64,000 nt of DNA from a virus (lineage: Duplodnaviria; Caudoviricetes), in the IMG/VR virus record IMGVR_UViG_3300042256_000025, one strand, 5' to 3'. This document shows positions 28,961-39,127 of this stretch, in pieces. The notes under the pieces were generated by a model. The model was not told where the DNA came from and searched no databases. It was given only the letters and a program-made list of their open reading frames with translations. Every line of letters begins with the position of its first letter. Positions within the stretch are counted from its first letter, which is position 1. Made by a program: the position numbers and the translations under genes.

Positions 28961-31036
28961 TTATTGTTTATGTCGGGGGACACGAATGATTTCCCATCCG
29001 GCACACGCGGCGATGTGTCGGACAAACTTAATCGGACGTCCGCCAATGGGCACTGCATTTCGATCAACCAGACATTCAATGTCTGAAGGTCGGTCCGATA
29101 GCAGTATTGAATTGACTGCCATGCGGTGACTTTCTGGATTCGTAGCCAGGTCCATGGTTTCCGCCGCAGCATCACCACCGATAACCGATACCAGGCTACG
29201 CAGCTCCGTTTCCCCGATGACACGAGGTGGCTGCTCTTTAGATGGGGTTGAGTGTTTAGTGGTTTTATTCTGTACAGCCGGTAGACCATGATGCTGCCTT
29301 AGGATTCCAGAAACCGCCATGGGCTTGTGATCCAACTTATCCAGTACAATCATAAACTTCGTACCGATCAGGATCGGATCCTTAGTTCGAACGGTTTCAC
29401 CCGTACGACTTACATAGGTAACCGGTGATTTATTCGGTGGCCTGAAGGCTTTAAGTTTACGGTACAGGTCAGGACAGAGTTTCTCATCATCTGCACGGAT
29501 AACCAAATAAATACCCTGATTGTAAATGCTGTCCAATACCTCCATTTTTTCTGCGTCTGATAGATCACGGATGTTCTCTTCCATTACGGTAGAGGTGCAG
29601 GCAACCAGCGTCTGAAAATGGACCCAGGCCTGATCGTTCTGACCGGCATCCATCATTTGACGTATATCGCCTGCAACGTCCCGTGCCACAGCATTAATAT
29701 AATGCTCATAGAACTGACCTGGGTTCAGTCGTGCGACTGCACCCTTACCGTACACAATGACGTCGGCACGGTTACCGAAGTCATCCACCGCCATTTCATG
29801 GCTTTCCCGTACACCGCAAACCACGCCTTTGCCGCCCCCCATGTCTGATATCTTAGCACCCAAGTCGGCAGTGAAACGGTGCGCGTACATGACCTCTACC
29901 CGCCACTCATCCATGGGGGTAGCACGGTATGTTTTCTGGATAGAGTTCTTACGGCCCTTCACCGACTCTAGACGTTTAACAGCTTCATTAGGGCGTACAC
30001 CCATAGCCCGCTCTATCAGTGTCAGGAGCTCTGGGGTCAGATTCGGTTTGTAGTTGGTCTCCTGTTTAATCTGATGATAGATTTGTACGATTCGGTCATA
30101 ATACTGCGCATGCCGGTCCGCATACTTCTTAGCGACATCCTCCATACCCGATGGCGTATGGTACGTTCTGCGACCCTCATTGGTCGTGGTGTGTACCGTA
30201 ATGTCGATGATTTTAGCACCCGGCACACCATAGGTTAACTTATCATGCGTCAGATCCGGAGTCTGAAGCTCCTTACGGGACATTTCAACCCCATCTAACA
30301 TAGGGTCGTACTTGCGCAGTGCAAAGACTAGCCCATCTTCACGTATAGTGTCTCCAATCTCAGGGAACGGCTTATAGATCCGGTCATCCCCATAGAGGTT
30401 AATTGGATAGTAGTGACGGCCCCATTCTACTACACGGGTACCCGTAGCAATAGGCGTGGCGCGTTCAAGGAAGTCACGGGATACCTCGAATCCATCCTCA
30501 ATTGTAGCCGGTACGGACATGTACGCAACATTACAATTGAGACCATTGGAGTAGTACCCGTTCTCTATCGTAGGGCTGTAGGAGAGTACATCCCCTCGAT
30601 CCAGTGTCATGCCCCGTGCAAGCTGATGCATGAGAGGGGTGAACTTATACTTAAACCCGAAGGTTTCATGTACACGTTCCAGTTGGTTCTGATAAGTCTC
30701 CACGTGGAATACACCAAAATGCCCTGTTTCAAGACTACGGTAGATAACGGTAACCAGAGGGTTATATGCAATGGCATTCGCCCCCACCCCACCTGTATAC
30801 TTATGGAGCACAGCATAGACCTGCAGGTCCTCAGGTGCTTTCACTCCAAAGGTATGGGTGGCTAGCTGATCCTCCAGGCCAGTTAGTATGCGAGGCGTAT
30901 CCGGTTTATTCGGTATCACCGCCTGAGAAATCTGGGAGCAGACCATCTGCATGCGGCTGCCCGAGTTAAACTTGAGCATGGGCGATATAGCCGCCATAGT
31001 GCCCAAGTGCCGGAGGTTATTACGCGTCTTTTCCAT
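28961..31036 (-). CDS. rpoB: Non-virion RNA polymerase beta subunit, C-terminal part (phiKZ gp71-73-like), intronless
   Basis: NSGSRMQMVCSQISQA, TIEDGF, GAKISDMGGGKGVV, ARLNPGQFYE, GETE. Confidence 0.92.
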   Translation of the reverse strand: MEKTRNNLRHLGTMAAISPMLKFNSGSRMQMVCSQISQAVIPNKPDTPRILTGLEDQLATHTFGVKAPEDLQVYAVLHKYTGGVGANAIAYNPLVTVIYRSLETGHFGVFHVETYQNQLERVHETFGFKYKFTPLMHQLARGMTLDRGDVLSYSPTIENGYYSNGLNCNVAYMSVPATIEDGFEVSRDFLERATPIATGTRVVEWGRHYYPINLYGDDRIYKPFPEIGDTIREDGLVFALRKYDPMLDGVEMSRKELQTPDLTHDKLTYGVPGAKIIDITVHTTTNEGRRTYHTPSGMEDVAKKYADRHAQYYDRIVQIYHQIKQETNYKPNLTPELLTLIERAMGVRPNEAVKRLESVKGRKNSIQKTYRATPMDEWRVEVMYAHRFTADLGAKISDMGGGKGVVCGVRESHEMAVDDFGNRADVIVYGKGAVARLNPGQFYEHYINAVARDVAGDIRQMMDAGQNDQAWVHFQTLVACTSTVMEENIRDLSDAEKMEVLDSIYNQGIYLVIRADDEKLCPDLYRKLKAFRPPNKSPVTYVSRTGETVRTKDPILIGTKFMIVLDKLDHKPMAVSGILRQHHGLPAVQNKTTKHSTPSKEQPPRVIGETELRSLVSVIGGDAAAETMDLATNPESHRMAVNSILLSDRPSDIECLVDRNAVPIGGRPIKFVRHIAACAGWEIIRVPRHKQ

Positions 31037-31070
31037 CTGTACACTCCTGTGACATTTACTGCTCAGTACG

Positions 31071-31081
31071 GTAATATAGGT
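31071..31081 (-). promoter_or_regulatory. Early promoter motif upstream of the nvRNAP beta gene
   Basis: ACCTATATTAC on the minus strand, 35 nt upstream of ATG 31036. Confidence 0.75.
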
Positions 31082-31125
31082 TTTCAGCTTAATCGATATC
31101 GGGTGGATGTTATAGAGTACCTGAA

Positions 31126-31479
31126 ATGAGGTTGAGGGACATTATGAACGTTGATAAGCTCGCCGTACCTCGCGGCAAGGCTAACTATTATGAAGCTGGA
31201 TATCGTGTGGCAATTGAAACCCACCTGCCCGTCATCCGGCGCAATATTCAAGAACACGTCTCCATCACTGAGCGCCAAAAACGCATGTACGCAGGTGACT
31301 TTTACGGACTATTATCTGAGCTAGGGGTAGCGGTGCCTCACCAATGGCCCACGTTAAGGGCGAACGGCTATCATAGTCCAGCTGACTTTCATGGGGAGGT
31401 GGATACAGTCTATACCTACACACCGTCTATATTTAAAGAAATATTAGACCAATACCTCACCACTCAAGCACGACTGTAA
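31126..31479 (+). CDS. Conserved small jumbo-phage protein
   Basis: 117-aa ORF on the opposite strand (YAGDFYGLL..TLRANG), bounded by a hairpin. Confidence 0.6.
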   Translation: MRLRDIMNVDKLAVPRGKANYYEAGYRVAIETHLPVIRRNIQEHVSITERQKRMYAGDFYGLLSELGVAVPHQWPTLRANGYHSPADFHGEVDTVYTYTPSIFKEILDQYLTTQARL

Positions 31480-31493
31480 CAAAAAAGAAATAG

Positions 31494-31525
31494 ACACCCA
31501 TGCGCCCTTTCGGGCGTATGGGTGT
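31494..31525 (-). terminator. Terminator hairpin
   Basis: acacccatgcgccc-tttc-gggcgtatgggtgt beside an A-tract. Confidence 0.7.
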
Positions 31526-31533
31526 AAGTGCCG

Positions 31534-32889
31534 TTAGTAACCAGACATCGGACGGTATTGTCCTGTGCGAGGGTCTAGATACATTTGTGGCTGTTGGGGC
31601 TGGCCGTAATATCCACCTGGTCCAGGCTGCCCATATTGGGGCTGGGGCGGATACGGCTGATTATACTGGGGTTGGGGTACGGGTTGTCCGTATTGGGGTT
31701 GAGGGGGGTAAGGTTGGTTGTACTGAGGTGCCGGAGGCGGTGGTGCGTATTGAGGTTGGGGTTGGTATTGGGGTTGTGGTTGGTATTGGGGTTGGCCGTA
31801 CATCGGCGGTTGGGCCGCTGGTGCAGCAATTTGTCCATAGTTAGGTGGCGTCATTGTTGGTGGTTTAAAGGTCGGAATGCCATCATCCTCTACCTTCGGT
31901 GCAGGGGCTACTGGCTGTGGCTGTGGTGGTGTTGGTGCTGGGGGCGCGGACGCCGCTGCACGTGGTGCCTGTGCAGGCGTTACTGTTTCGGATTTCTCTT
32001 CCTCCACAGTTGCACCCAAGCCAATGTTACCCTCCCATTGAATGTACAGGTCATTATGGTACCAGTCATCCAGATTGGAAAGATCCTTCACCCAGTGACC
32101 TGAGAAGTAAAAGTCCTGGGTAAGGTAGCTGGTAATAAGGCTCGCCACCTCCTGCAACCGTGACATCACTTCATAGAAGGTTTTGCACAGAGTCGTGAAG
32201 TAGGGGGCCGTACGACTATTGTACGACTCCACTATAGGCACGTCCCCTAATGCCAACTTAAAGGCAGTACGGATAACGTTGTGTGCGACCTTAGACGGTA
32301 GGCGCGCATTATAGAGCGTCTGTGACTCCAGGAAGGGTACCGAGAAAGTACAGCGACGACGCTCTATCTTACCATCTCCTTCTACCCGCTCCAGCTGATA
32401 CCGGATCATGGGATATTTTCCCACAAACCCCGTCAAAACTTTAGCCGGAATCCGACGCCAAGCATCCAGTGTGTTCGTACTGGTGGTCGGCATCTTGGAG
32501 AGAATCTTCTCCATCGCGGCCTGTGGTACCTTAGCGTGTTTATCGGTATGGGCGGCCAGTGCAATGATGCTGTCCACCACATTCAGTGTCGCCATGTAAG
32601 TACGACTGGATACCAGGTGAAGGAACTTGTTCAGTACCTCCGACTGACCACGAAAGACTGACTCTGCAGCCGGGTGGAAGAACACCCGCTTGCCGTCTTC
32701 CTCCGCATTCACCCACTCATCGGTAGGTATGTACAGAGGCAGAGACACGGTACCGCGTCCCCGACGAACTTTTACCTTAAGGGGAGCGAGCTCCCCCTTG
32801 TCGTTCGGATACTGGACCGCACCATCCTTTTCGATGGTGCAGCCGACGTCCTCCAGCAATGACTGGTAGAATTTTACAATCGGTTTCAT
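31534..32889 (-). CDS. Nucleus-associated core protein (phiKZ gp70-like) with P/Q/Y-rich tail
   Basis: Position between picA and the nvRNAP beta gene; C-terminal low-complexity repeats. Confidence 0.65.
   Translation of the reverse strand: MKPIVKFYQSLLEDVGCTIEKDGAVQYPNDKGELAPLKVKVRRGRGTVSLPLYIPTDEWVNAEEDGKRVFFHPAAESVFRGQSEVLNKFLHLVSSRTYMATLNVVDSIIALAAHTDKHAKVPQAAMEKILSKMPTTSTNTLDAWRRIPAKVLTGFVGKYPMIRYQLERVEGDGKIERRRCTFSVPFLESQTLYNARLPSKVAHNVIRTAFKLALGDVPIVESYNSRTAPYFTTLCKTFYEVMSRLQEVASLITSYLTQDFYFSGHWVKDLSNLDDWYHNDLYIQWEGNIGLGATVEEEKSETVTPAQAPRAAASAPPAPTPPQPQPVAPAPKVEDDGIPTFKPPTMTPPNYGQIAAPAAQPPMYGQPQYQPQPQYQPQPQYAPPPPAPQYNQPYPPQPQYGQPVPQPQYNQPYPPQPQYGQPGPGGYYGQPQQPQMYLDPRTGQYRPMSGY
31580..31810 (-). 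repeat. Coding tandem repeats (QPQYQP, QYNQPYPPQPQYGQP twice)
   Basis: Repeated ttggggttggta/tattgggg units visible in the DNA. Confidence 0.8.
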
Positions 32890-32899
32890 GCGCTACTCC

Positions 32900-34300
32900 T
32901 TAACGATAAAGCGTATTAAGCATGTTGCCCAGGTCACCTGCAATGGCGGATAGGCTTTGTGTGGAGTCACCCACCACAGGACTGTAGAGGGCATCACAGT
33001 AACAGGGTGCCGCATAATCAACCGGCATACCGCCGTTGACACTCACTGAGACAGTGGTATTACCTACCATATTGTAGTACATGGTAATGTTGTACTCCCC
33101 TACCCCCATAGCCTGGACGGATGCCGCAATTGTACTGCGCAGAATCGCCTCGATGTTCTGGATACGCCGTACGTCATCCGAAACACCTACCATGAACTGA
33201 GCACCCAACGTTTTGACTGTCACCGAACCATCCGGTGCGGTTTGGTTTTCCATGTTAAAGCTGTAGCGTGCTACCAGATAAAGAGCCAGGTGTGCAGGCA
33301 CCGCTTGAATTAACATGTGTGCTATACGGGTTTCAACCTTAGGTGCACCCCAGTGATCAGTGTGGTCGGTCATGGAGGTGGGGGTACCGGTATCCAGATG
33401 GGCAATCTGAAGTACATGGTCAAACTCTTGGAATGCCGCGCGAACCTCCTGTACGGTTACGTAGAAGGTTTCCGTATACGCCGTCTGGTCACGCAGGCGT
33501 GCAAACACCATAGACGACATGCATACGTCGGCTTCTGCAATCTTAGAGCTGTCTGCCGCTGCACCCATGACGTAGTCAGGTGAGTCCACCATGTCATAAT
33601 TATTGACAATGCCTTCACGGTAGCCCTCGCATACCTTATGTAGGTAGCGACCGCCAATTACGTTGTCACGTGCACTGGCATTGATGCCGTACATGTTGGC
33701 CACCCTGGTATCCAGTACACCCGGCTGATTAAAGCCATGGTATTCACGTTGCTGGTACGTGATGGTGTCCACGGGACGCAACAGTGCCTCTGACTGATGT
33801 AGTTGATTATCCATGCCCAGGTAGGTCACCGGTGAAAGGATCTGCCGCGCGCCGACAGACGCATACTTCTGGAACCGATGGCCATGCTGCACTACATGGT
33901 CGACACGGGCCTCCGTATGGGAGTTAGTGAAGATAGGGATGTCCGGTGCCAAATGTCCACCGTAGGACATATCGGCATACCCCGTATAACCCGTAATGAC
34001 TTCACGGGTGGTGCCCATAGGGGTGGTTACTTCGAACTCCATCAGTACGGAGTAGCGCTGAGTATCCCAGCCATTGGCAATGGCTACGATGCCCTTAGAT
34101 TGTGAAGCCGGTGAGAGAATGCGACCCGAGATTGCCGAGAAGCGCTCGACGTTGGTATACTGGCCACCTTGGGTGACCTGATCCAACATATTTAGCGTCT
34201 CATTGTTGATATGTGACTCGTAGGGACGGAAGTGCATCTGATGTACTGTTGGTACGGCGATGAATACGGCTCGGACCAGACGGACACTGTTAGAAAGCAT
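32900..34300 (-). CDS. picA: Phage-nucleus protein import factor PicA/Imp1 (phiKZ gp69-like)
   Basis: Synteny (directly downstream of the sigma-like subunit), size, and IANGWDTQRYS...TGYT pattern. Confidence 0.65.
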   Translation of the reverse strand: MLSNSVRLVRAVFIAVPTVHQMHFRPYESHINNETLNMLDQVTQGGQYTNVERFSAISGRILSPASQSKGIVAIANGWDTQRYSVLMEFEVTTPMGTTREVITGYTGYADMSYGGHLAPDIPIFTNSHTEARVDHVVQHGHRFQKYASVGARQILSPVTYLGMDNQLHQSEALLRPVDTITYQQREYHGFNQPGVLDTRVANMYGINASARDNVIGGRYLHKVCEGYREGIVNNYDMVDSPDYVMGAAADSSKIAEADVCMSSMVFARLRDQTAYTETFYVTVQEVRAAFQEFDHVLQIAHLDTGTPTSMTDHTDHWGAPKVETRIAHMLIQAVPAHLALYLVARYSFNMENQTAPDGSVTVKTLGAQFMVGVSDDVRRIQNIEAILRSTIAASVQAMGVGEYNITMYYNMVGNTTVSVSVNGGMPVDYAAPCYCDALYSPVVGDSTQSLSAIAGDLGNMLNTLYR

Positions 34301-34332
34301 AGTGTTTTCCTCTTGGTTAAAGGTCAATATTG

Positions 34333-35793
34333 TTATGGGGTTGGCAACGCATACCCTTCGATCTGACAGATCAGTCGAGCGATGTCGTTGCGCAGTGTGG
34401 TCGGTACGGTGTCCTTATCAGGCCACTCGTACAAATTGATTTCAGAGACAATGTTGTCGATCAACATAATGCCAGGGTTTCCTTGACTGCGGCCCTGTAC
34501 ATCAATGCGTTGATGAGGGTAGATCTCCTCTAGTGGTCCAATGAACCCTTTGGACAGCGGCAGGAGCGCTACCCCGCCCACTGAATAGAGGTCAACGGTT
34601 GAAGGGTCCTTTTCGATGCGGCAGCTTAACATCATGTTTGCCAAGCCCTGATATCCATGGTCACTTAACCATGCAGCAGTTACACCGATCATGCGCAGAT
34701 ACGTATCTCGGCTTTTAACTAATTGACAGGTGCGCGGATAGATCACCCGCTTACACACGAGTCCTATTAAAGGTAGATGGTAAGCGCCTATAGAGAACTC
34801 CATGTTCTGCTGAATAGCATTGATGTACCCTAACGCCTTATCTACGTTCCCCTGTGGGTTAAGCCCCGTCACAAAGGCAGGCACGTTATCCACATACGCG
34901 GTCATGGCTACCACGGCGTAATCAGGAACCGATTGACTAATGCGGTAGCGCTCCACAACGGATTCAGTTTCATCTGACTCTGATTTCGTTATACGCTTAT
35001 CGCGTACGCCATTGGAAAGGTTCTTGGCTTTAGACTCCAGAAACTTGTACGCGATCTTAATCAGCGTCTTGTCTGGATCACGGAACTCACCAATGGAGAT
35101 TCGCCGTACGATCACCATAGCCAGATAGAACCTCGGTATCTCAGACGTCCCCATATGGGTACAGATAGCCGGAGTCAACGCCTTTGAGTCTTTCTCCGCT
35201 AACGCTTCACAGTAATCCTTCAGTCGATCCATGGCTGGAAGTCTGTGAACACACGACTCTTTGAGGAGATCGTACGTCACAAGCTCCTTAAAAGCCGGAT
35301 CCAGTGGCGGGGCTACGTACATGAACTTACCCCAGATAGGGGTAACCATTTTAAAGTACATGCTCAGTACAACCAGCTCATCATACTCATCCTTGAGATA
35401 GGTCTGGCGTCTAGGGTACTCCCCCGTATAATGCTCGTGGATATCGCTATTATAAGCGATTCGGCCATACTCCAATACCCACGACCGAAGGTGCTCGTGG
35501 TTTACCAGATTCAGTAATCGCGTTACCAATGAGCGCAGCTCTATCTGCAGCAGCTCGAATGAGGTCTCCATTTCAATAAGTTCAAAGGCCTCGGCGTAGA
35601 CCCGCTGATACTCATCTTGAAGGTCCATCGGCAACGTATGCCAATATTCGTTCAGTGGACCATACACGGACTCGGTATCAGTGCCTCCGCCACTGAGTTT
35701 CATCCACAACATCGTGGTGGGCCAGATCAACTCCTGCCCACGATGGGTAGTTCTAAGAACCGTCGTACCGGTGTTCGTTATCTCTATCTCCAT
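34333..35793 (-). CDS. Non-virion RNAP promoter-specificity (sigma-like) subunit (phiKZ gp68-like)
   Basis: 486 aa; QTYLKDEYDELVVLS..KMVTPIWG and SVVERYRI patterns; synteny; early promoter upstream. Confidence 0.7.
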   Translation of the reverse strand: MEIEITNTGTTVLRTTHRGQELIWPTTMLWMKLSGGGTDTESVYGPLNEYWHTLPMDLQDEYQRVYAEAFELIEMETSFELLQIELRSLVTRLLNLVNHEHLRSWVLEYGRIAYNSDIHEHYTGEYPRRQTYLKDEYDELVVLSMYFKMVTPIWGKFMYVAPPLDPAFKELVTYDLLKESCVHRLPAMDRLKDYCEALAEKDSKALTPAICTHMGTSEIPRFYLAMVIVRRISIGEFRDPDKTLIKIAYKFLESKAKNLSNGVRDKRITKSESDETESVVERYRISQSVPDYAVVAMTAYVDNVPAFVTGLNPQGNVDKALGYINAIQQNMEFSIGAYHLPLIGLVCKRVIYPRTCQLVKSRDTYLRMIGVTAAWLSDHGYQGLANMMLSCRIEKDPSTVDLYSVGGVALLPLSKGFIGPLEEIYPHQRIDVQGRSQGNPGIMLIDNIVSEINLYEWPDKDTVPTTLRNDIARLICQIEGYALPTP

Positions 35794-35832
35794 ACTGCAC
35801 TCCTTGACCTACAAAAGGATACTGTCTTACCG

Positions 35833-35843
35833 GTAATATAGGT
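35833..35843 (-). promoter_or_regulatory. Early promoter motif
   Basis: ACCTATATTAC 40 nt upstream of ATG 35793. Confidence 0.75.
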
Positions 35844-35947
35844 TTTCATTCTCTCCGATAACGCCCTATTACATTGGTGGTGTCGCTGTATATAAAAAAA
35901 TAACATAGATACATACACAGTGCGCACTGCGCACTGTGTATAGGTAT

Positions 35948-36697
35948 TTATACGTCAGCAAATACGTCCGTAGAACGACCGTTACCTTCGTAACCGGTTT
36001 TCTTATAACCGCCACCACCGTTACCGGAGGACTTGTTGTAGCCGCCGCCGTTGCCGCCACGGTTACCACCACCGTAATTGCCGCGACCGCCACCCTGGCC
36101 CCCTTCACGCTTCTTAGCGTCTTGGGCTTCTTTCTTCTCATGGGTGTCAATGAGTACCGGACCCAGCACCTCACGCATGGCATCTACATAGCCTTCAACC
36201 ACACGCCTCGAGGTAACCGCCGGATCCAGCGGATTGCCGTTTTTATCTACCAGGGCATAGAAGAAATTAGGCATCATACGGAACACACAACGCGGTGCGT
36301 TCTTACACTCCACCATGATAGAGACTACGCCTTCTGCATCCCGACCAACGTAGACCTCTGACATGACCTCAAGTTTTTCAGATTTAACGCCACCAGACCA
36401 ATCATAGTTCTTGTTTTTGATCCCTTCAACAGTGAAGTCTGGGTTGGATGCTGCCTCCAGCAACATGCGCATGAAGATGTTGCCGATAACGGGATCCATG
36501 TTCGCATTTACCGGTGGGGTGTTATCCCCATCATCCGGGTGGTTAGGGTATACCGTAATACGGATGTTCCCGTTCACCACACGCAGTTTCATGTTGGGGC
36601 GCTTGCCTTTGATGTTTGGATCCCAAAGATCACCGACCAGGGAGAGCTTAGGGTTATCGGTGAAATTCTTGGGTGGGATAAATTTATTATCAGCCAT
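35948..36697 (-). CDS. chmC: ChmC-like nucleus-associated nucleic-acid-binding protein with Gly/Asn/RGG tail
   Basis: Synteny (upstream of the sigma-like subunit) and disordered GGQGGGRGNYGGGNRGGNGGGY tail. Confidence 0.6.
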   Translation of the reverse strand: MADNKFIPPKNFTDNPKLSLVGDLWDPNIKGKRPNMKLRVVNGNIRITVYPNHPDDGDNTPPVNANMDPVIGNIFMRMLLEAASNPDFTVEGIKNKNYDWSGGVKSEKLEVMSEVYVGRDAEGVVSIMVECKNAPRCVFRMMPNFFYALVDKNGNPLDPAVTSRRVVEGYVDAMREVLGPVLIDTHEKKEAQDAKKREGGQGGGRGNYGGGNRGGNGGGYNKSSGNGGGGYKKTGYEGNGRSTDVFADV

Positions 36698-36708
36698 GGG
36701 GTATACTC

Positions 36709-37509
36709 CTAGGGTAGTCGGACAGCTAACATTTTTGTAAACTGCTCTTGGATATCGGAATCGGTTATGGTACGTACATCACTGCGTACCTTCTCGCGGG
36801 TCGTGGTAGGTTTCCACTTACCGGCAGCAGCACAGGCTACCAATGCCTTTTTATGGGCGTGACTACCTGCGTAAAACAGGGTTCCACGGTCACCCAGCAC
36901 TTGCATGGTTAGAAGGTTAAATGGCAAATGATAGTAGCTTTCGTTGGTGGTTAATTTACGGATCCATTCTACGGGGGGACGAATGTGTCCCGTATGACTT
37001 TCTAGCAACTGCATGTCACTAAACTGATAGCGGGACAATAAATCAATAGCATGGTGAGTGAGTACCCATCCACGCCCACGCATCTCAGGTAACGTATGTT
37101 GCAGTTGTAGCACCGGAATGCCCTGCTGGCGTTTAAGGTTATCAATCGCCAATCGTTCCAGGTTTTTATACACTAGCTGGCGCTGGGTATGGGGGGTCTT
37201 TACTTTAGCCAGTGGTAGTCGATGTTTTAGGGCATCTACCGCGGTAATGTAAAAGTGGGTAGGTACCTCTGCATTGACGAACCCATGCAGGGTCGCTAGC
37301 TCCTCTGCAAAGCCTTGTATAAACTCCCCTCGGTCCACGAGCAAGGGATCTTCAAAACTCCCATGGTAGTTTCGAAAGAGGGTATAGATATTCATCCATA
37401 CATGGTCCACTTTCTTACCCAGGTCAGCTAAGTTCTCCTCCAGCGGTATAGCCGTAGGGACACTAAAAGCGAGCGTTTCTCCCATTGCTCGGTCTTGTAC
37501 GTTAGCCAT
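36709..37509 (-). CDS. Conserved protein (phiKZ gp66-like), possible nuclease fold
   Basis: WMNIYTLFRN, LTHHAIDLL, LLESHTG, LPFN..QVLGD motifs; synteny. Confidence 0.6.
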   Translation of the reverse strand: MANVQDRAMGETLAFSVPTAIPLEENLADLGKKVDHVWMNIYTLFRNYHGSFEDPLLVDRGEFIQGFAEELATLHGFVNAEVPTHFYITAVDALKHRLPLAKVKTPHTQRQLVYKNLERLAIDNLKRQQGIPVLQLQHTLPEMRGRGWVLTHHAIDLLSRYQFSDMQLLESHTGHIRPPVEWIRKLTTNESYYHLPFNLLTMQVLGDRGTLFYAGSHAHKKALVACAAAGKWKPTTTREKVRSDVRTITDSDIQEQFTKMLAVRLP

Positions 37510-37518
37510 ACAGCCTCC

Positions 37519-38655
37519 TTATAGATGGGTACGCAGTAGCGCTAAGGCGTCCTGAGACAGATGGGCCTCGACCCCTTTCTGTGCAAGACGATTAGCCATA
37601 AGTGCCTCTGCATCATTTCTACCCAACGGTGTAGGGGTGAATGTTTGACCCAGTACCGGTTTAAACTGTGCGGTCTCCTCTGACTTAAGGTACTTGAAGG
37701 TACAGTGTATAAGGGGCGCATTGTGTTTAAAGGCCTGTAGTAACGGCAACCACGCATCGTTTCGAGGTACGGTAAAGCGTACGTGAGATCCCGGTGGTAG
37801 ACTACCGGCTTCTTTCAACGTAGCCTCTATCTTGTCCTTACCCAGTGCATCCCCTTCGTATGTTACGAATCGAGTGGCATGTGGATTCTCGACAAAAACG
37901 ATTTCATCCCCAGCATGATCTTTACACCCATAATCCGTAACCCGTACGTGTCCCTTGGCACCCTCTTCACCATGTGCCAGTCGATCCAAGGACCCCTGTG
38001 CAAAAATACGCCCTTGAAACCGAGCAGCGTGGTGGTGTCCAATGGAAATGTATCGCTTAACGATTGACTGGTATCGTTCAGAGTCGTGACAGGGTAGCAA
38101 TACGTTAGTGGGTAGCTGAAATTCAAACATCCCATGCATGATGGCATAGTCTACTGAATCCAGACCGTGTTGTGTCAGTACCTCCCGTACATCCTGCCAA
38201 GTATCCTCAGGATCCATGCGCCATTCATCGGGCACATAGAGGACATCCAGACCCAGTGCCTCTATACGCTCTATAGAAAGCGTACTTACGTACTTACAGT
38301 CCGCCCCTATGCCTGTAATGGTGTTAATCGTCTCAAAGAGTACGGACTGTCCCCGGTCATGCGAGGGTGTCCCTTCGAGTACCCTAAGAATGATGTTCCA
38401 CCGTTTACAAACAGAGAGTAGATCAGCCATCCATAGTTCAATTGCCTGAACATCTGCATCTGAAAGATGTGCAACCTGATCAAACAAATCGCCCCCTATA
38501 AAGATGGCGTCCAGTGCACCCGTTTCACGGTTATCAGGAAACGCGGCTTTAAGGGATTTAAGGATGTTTTTTGATGATACCCGGCTATGGCACAGGTGTA
38601 TATCCGAGACAAAGGCAAGGTGCAGGGGTTTGTTACCCTTACCAGTCATCAGCAT
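37519..38655 (-). CDS. sbcD: SbcD/Mre11-like metallophosphoesterase nuclease
   Basis: SDIH, GGDLFD, EGTPSHD, MHG, GHHH, QGSLDRLAHGE. Confidence 0.85.
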   Translation of the reverse strand: MLMTGKGNKPLHLAFVSDIHLCHSRVSSKNILKSLKAAFPDNRETGALDAIFIGGDLFDQVAHLSDADVQAIELWMADLLSVCKRWNIILRVLEGTPSHDRGQSVLFETINTITGIGADCKYVSTLSIERIEALGLDVLYVPDEWRMDPEDTWQDVREVLTQHGLDSVDYAIMHGMFEFQLPTNVLLPCHDSERYQSIVKRYISIGHHHAARFQGRIFAQGSLDRLAHGEEGAKGHVRVTDYGCKDHAGDEIVFVENPHATRFVTYEGDALGKDKIEATLKEAGSLPPGSHVRFTVPRNDAWLPLLQAFKHNAPLIHCTFKYLKSEETAQFKPVLGQTFTPTPLGRNDAEALMANRLAQKGVEAHLSQDALALLRTHL

Positions 38656-39127
38656 CCTCCAAGGTTACTGCGGTTTCACTTACCACACCAGCGCCACCGA
38701 TATTGTAACGCGCCATGATCTCACGCCATGCACTGACGTCTTCTTCTGGCACAGTACCCAATACCAGGTCATCCGTAATGTGCTTTTCTGCAAAACGGGC
38801 ACCGTGCATGGGGCTGGCCTCTGTTCGAAGGGCCCATTCCTTTAAGAGCCCTGCAATGTTACGCCCAGTCAGCACCTGCGTCGTGTAGGTGATAGGCGGT
38901 ACACGGAATAGTCGATCCTTACCGTCTTCGGACATCACCCAGACAGACAAGCGAGGATCAATCGAGAGCTTCAGCCACTCTTCGCGTAGGCGAGTCTGTT
39001 CCTCAGCGGGGAGAGTCGTGGGTTCAAAGAACAGCGGTATAAACTGTCGAAAGAGGGACTCGGGTAGTTTAGGAAACCCGTTTTCTATTTCATCCAGTAA
39101 TTTTCCATAAGGGTTCGTGTTATCCAT
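38639..39127 (-). CDS. Conserved hypothetical protein
   Basis: Likely start MDNTNP with GGAG RBS; LPESLF and LFRVPP patterns. Confidence 0.6.
   Translation of the reverse strand: MDNTNPYGKLLDEIENGFPKLPESLFRQFIPLFFEPTTLPAEEQTRLREEWLKLSIDPRLSVWVMSEDGKDRLFRVPPITYTTQVLTGRNIAGLLKEWALRTEASPMHGARFAEKHITDDLVLGTVPEEDVSAWREIMARYNIGGAGVVSETAVTLEDADDW

Noticed and set aside
28961-31036. Intron in the nvRNAP beta gene, as in phiKZ
   Set aside because: The reading frame is continuous here with all motifs present.
31585-32103. Antisense ORFs over the P/Q-rich repeat, and similar ones such as 9967..10587, 35936..36361, 47583..48155 and 60296..60802
   Set aside because: Shadow frames of well-supported genes with biased codon usage; no RBS or recognisable motifs.
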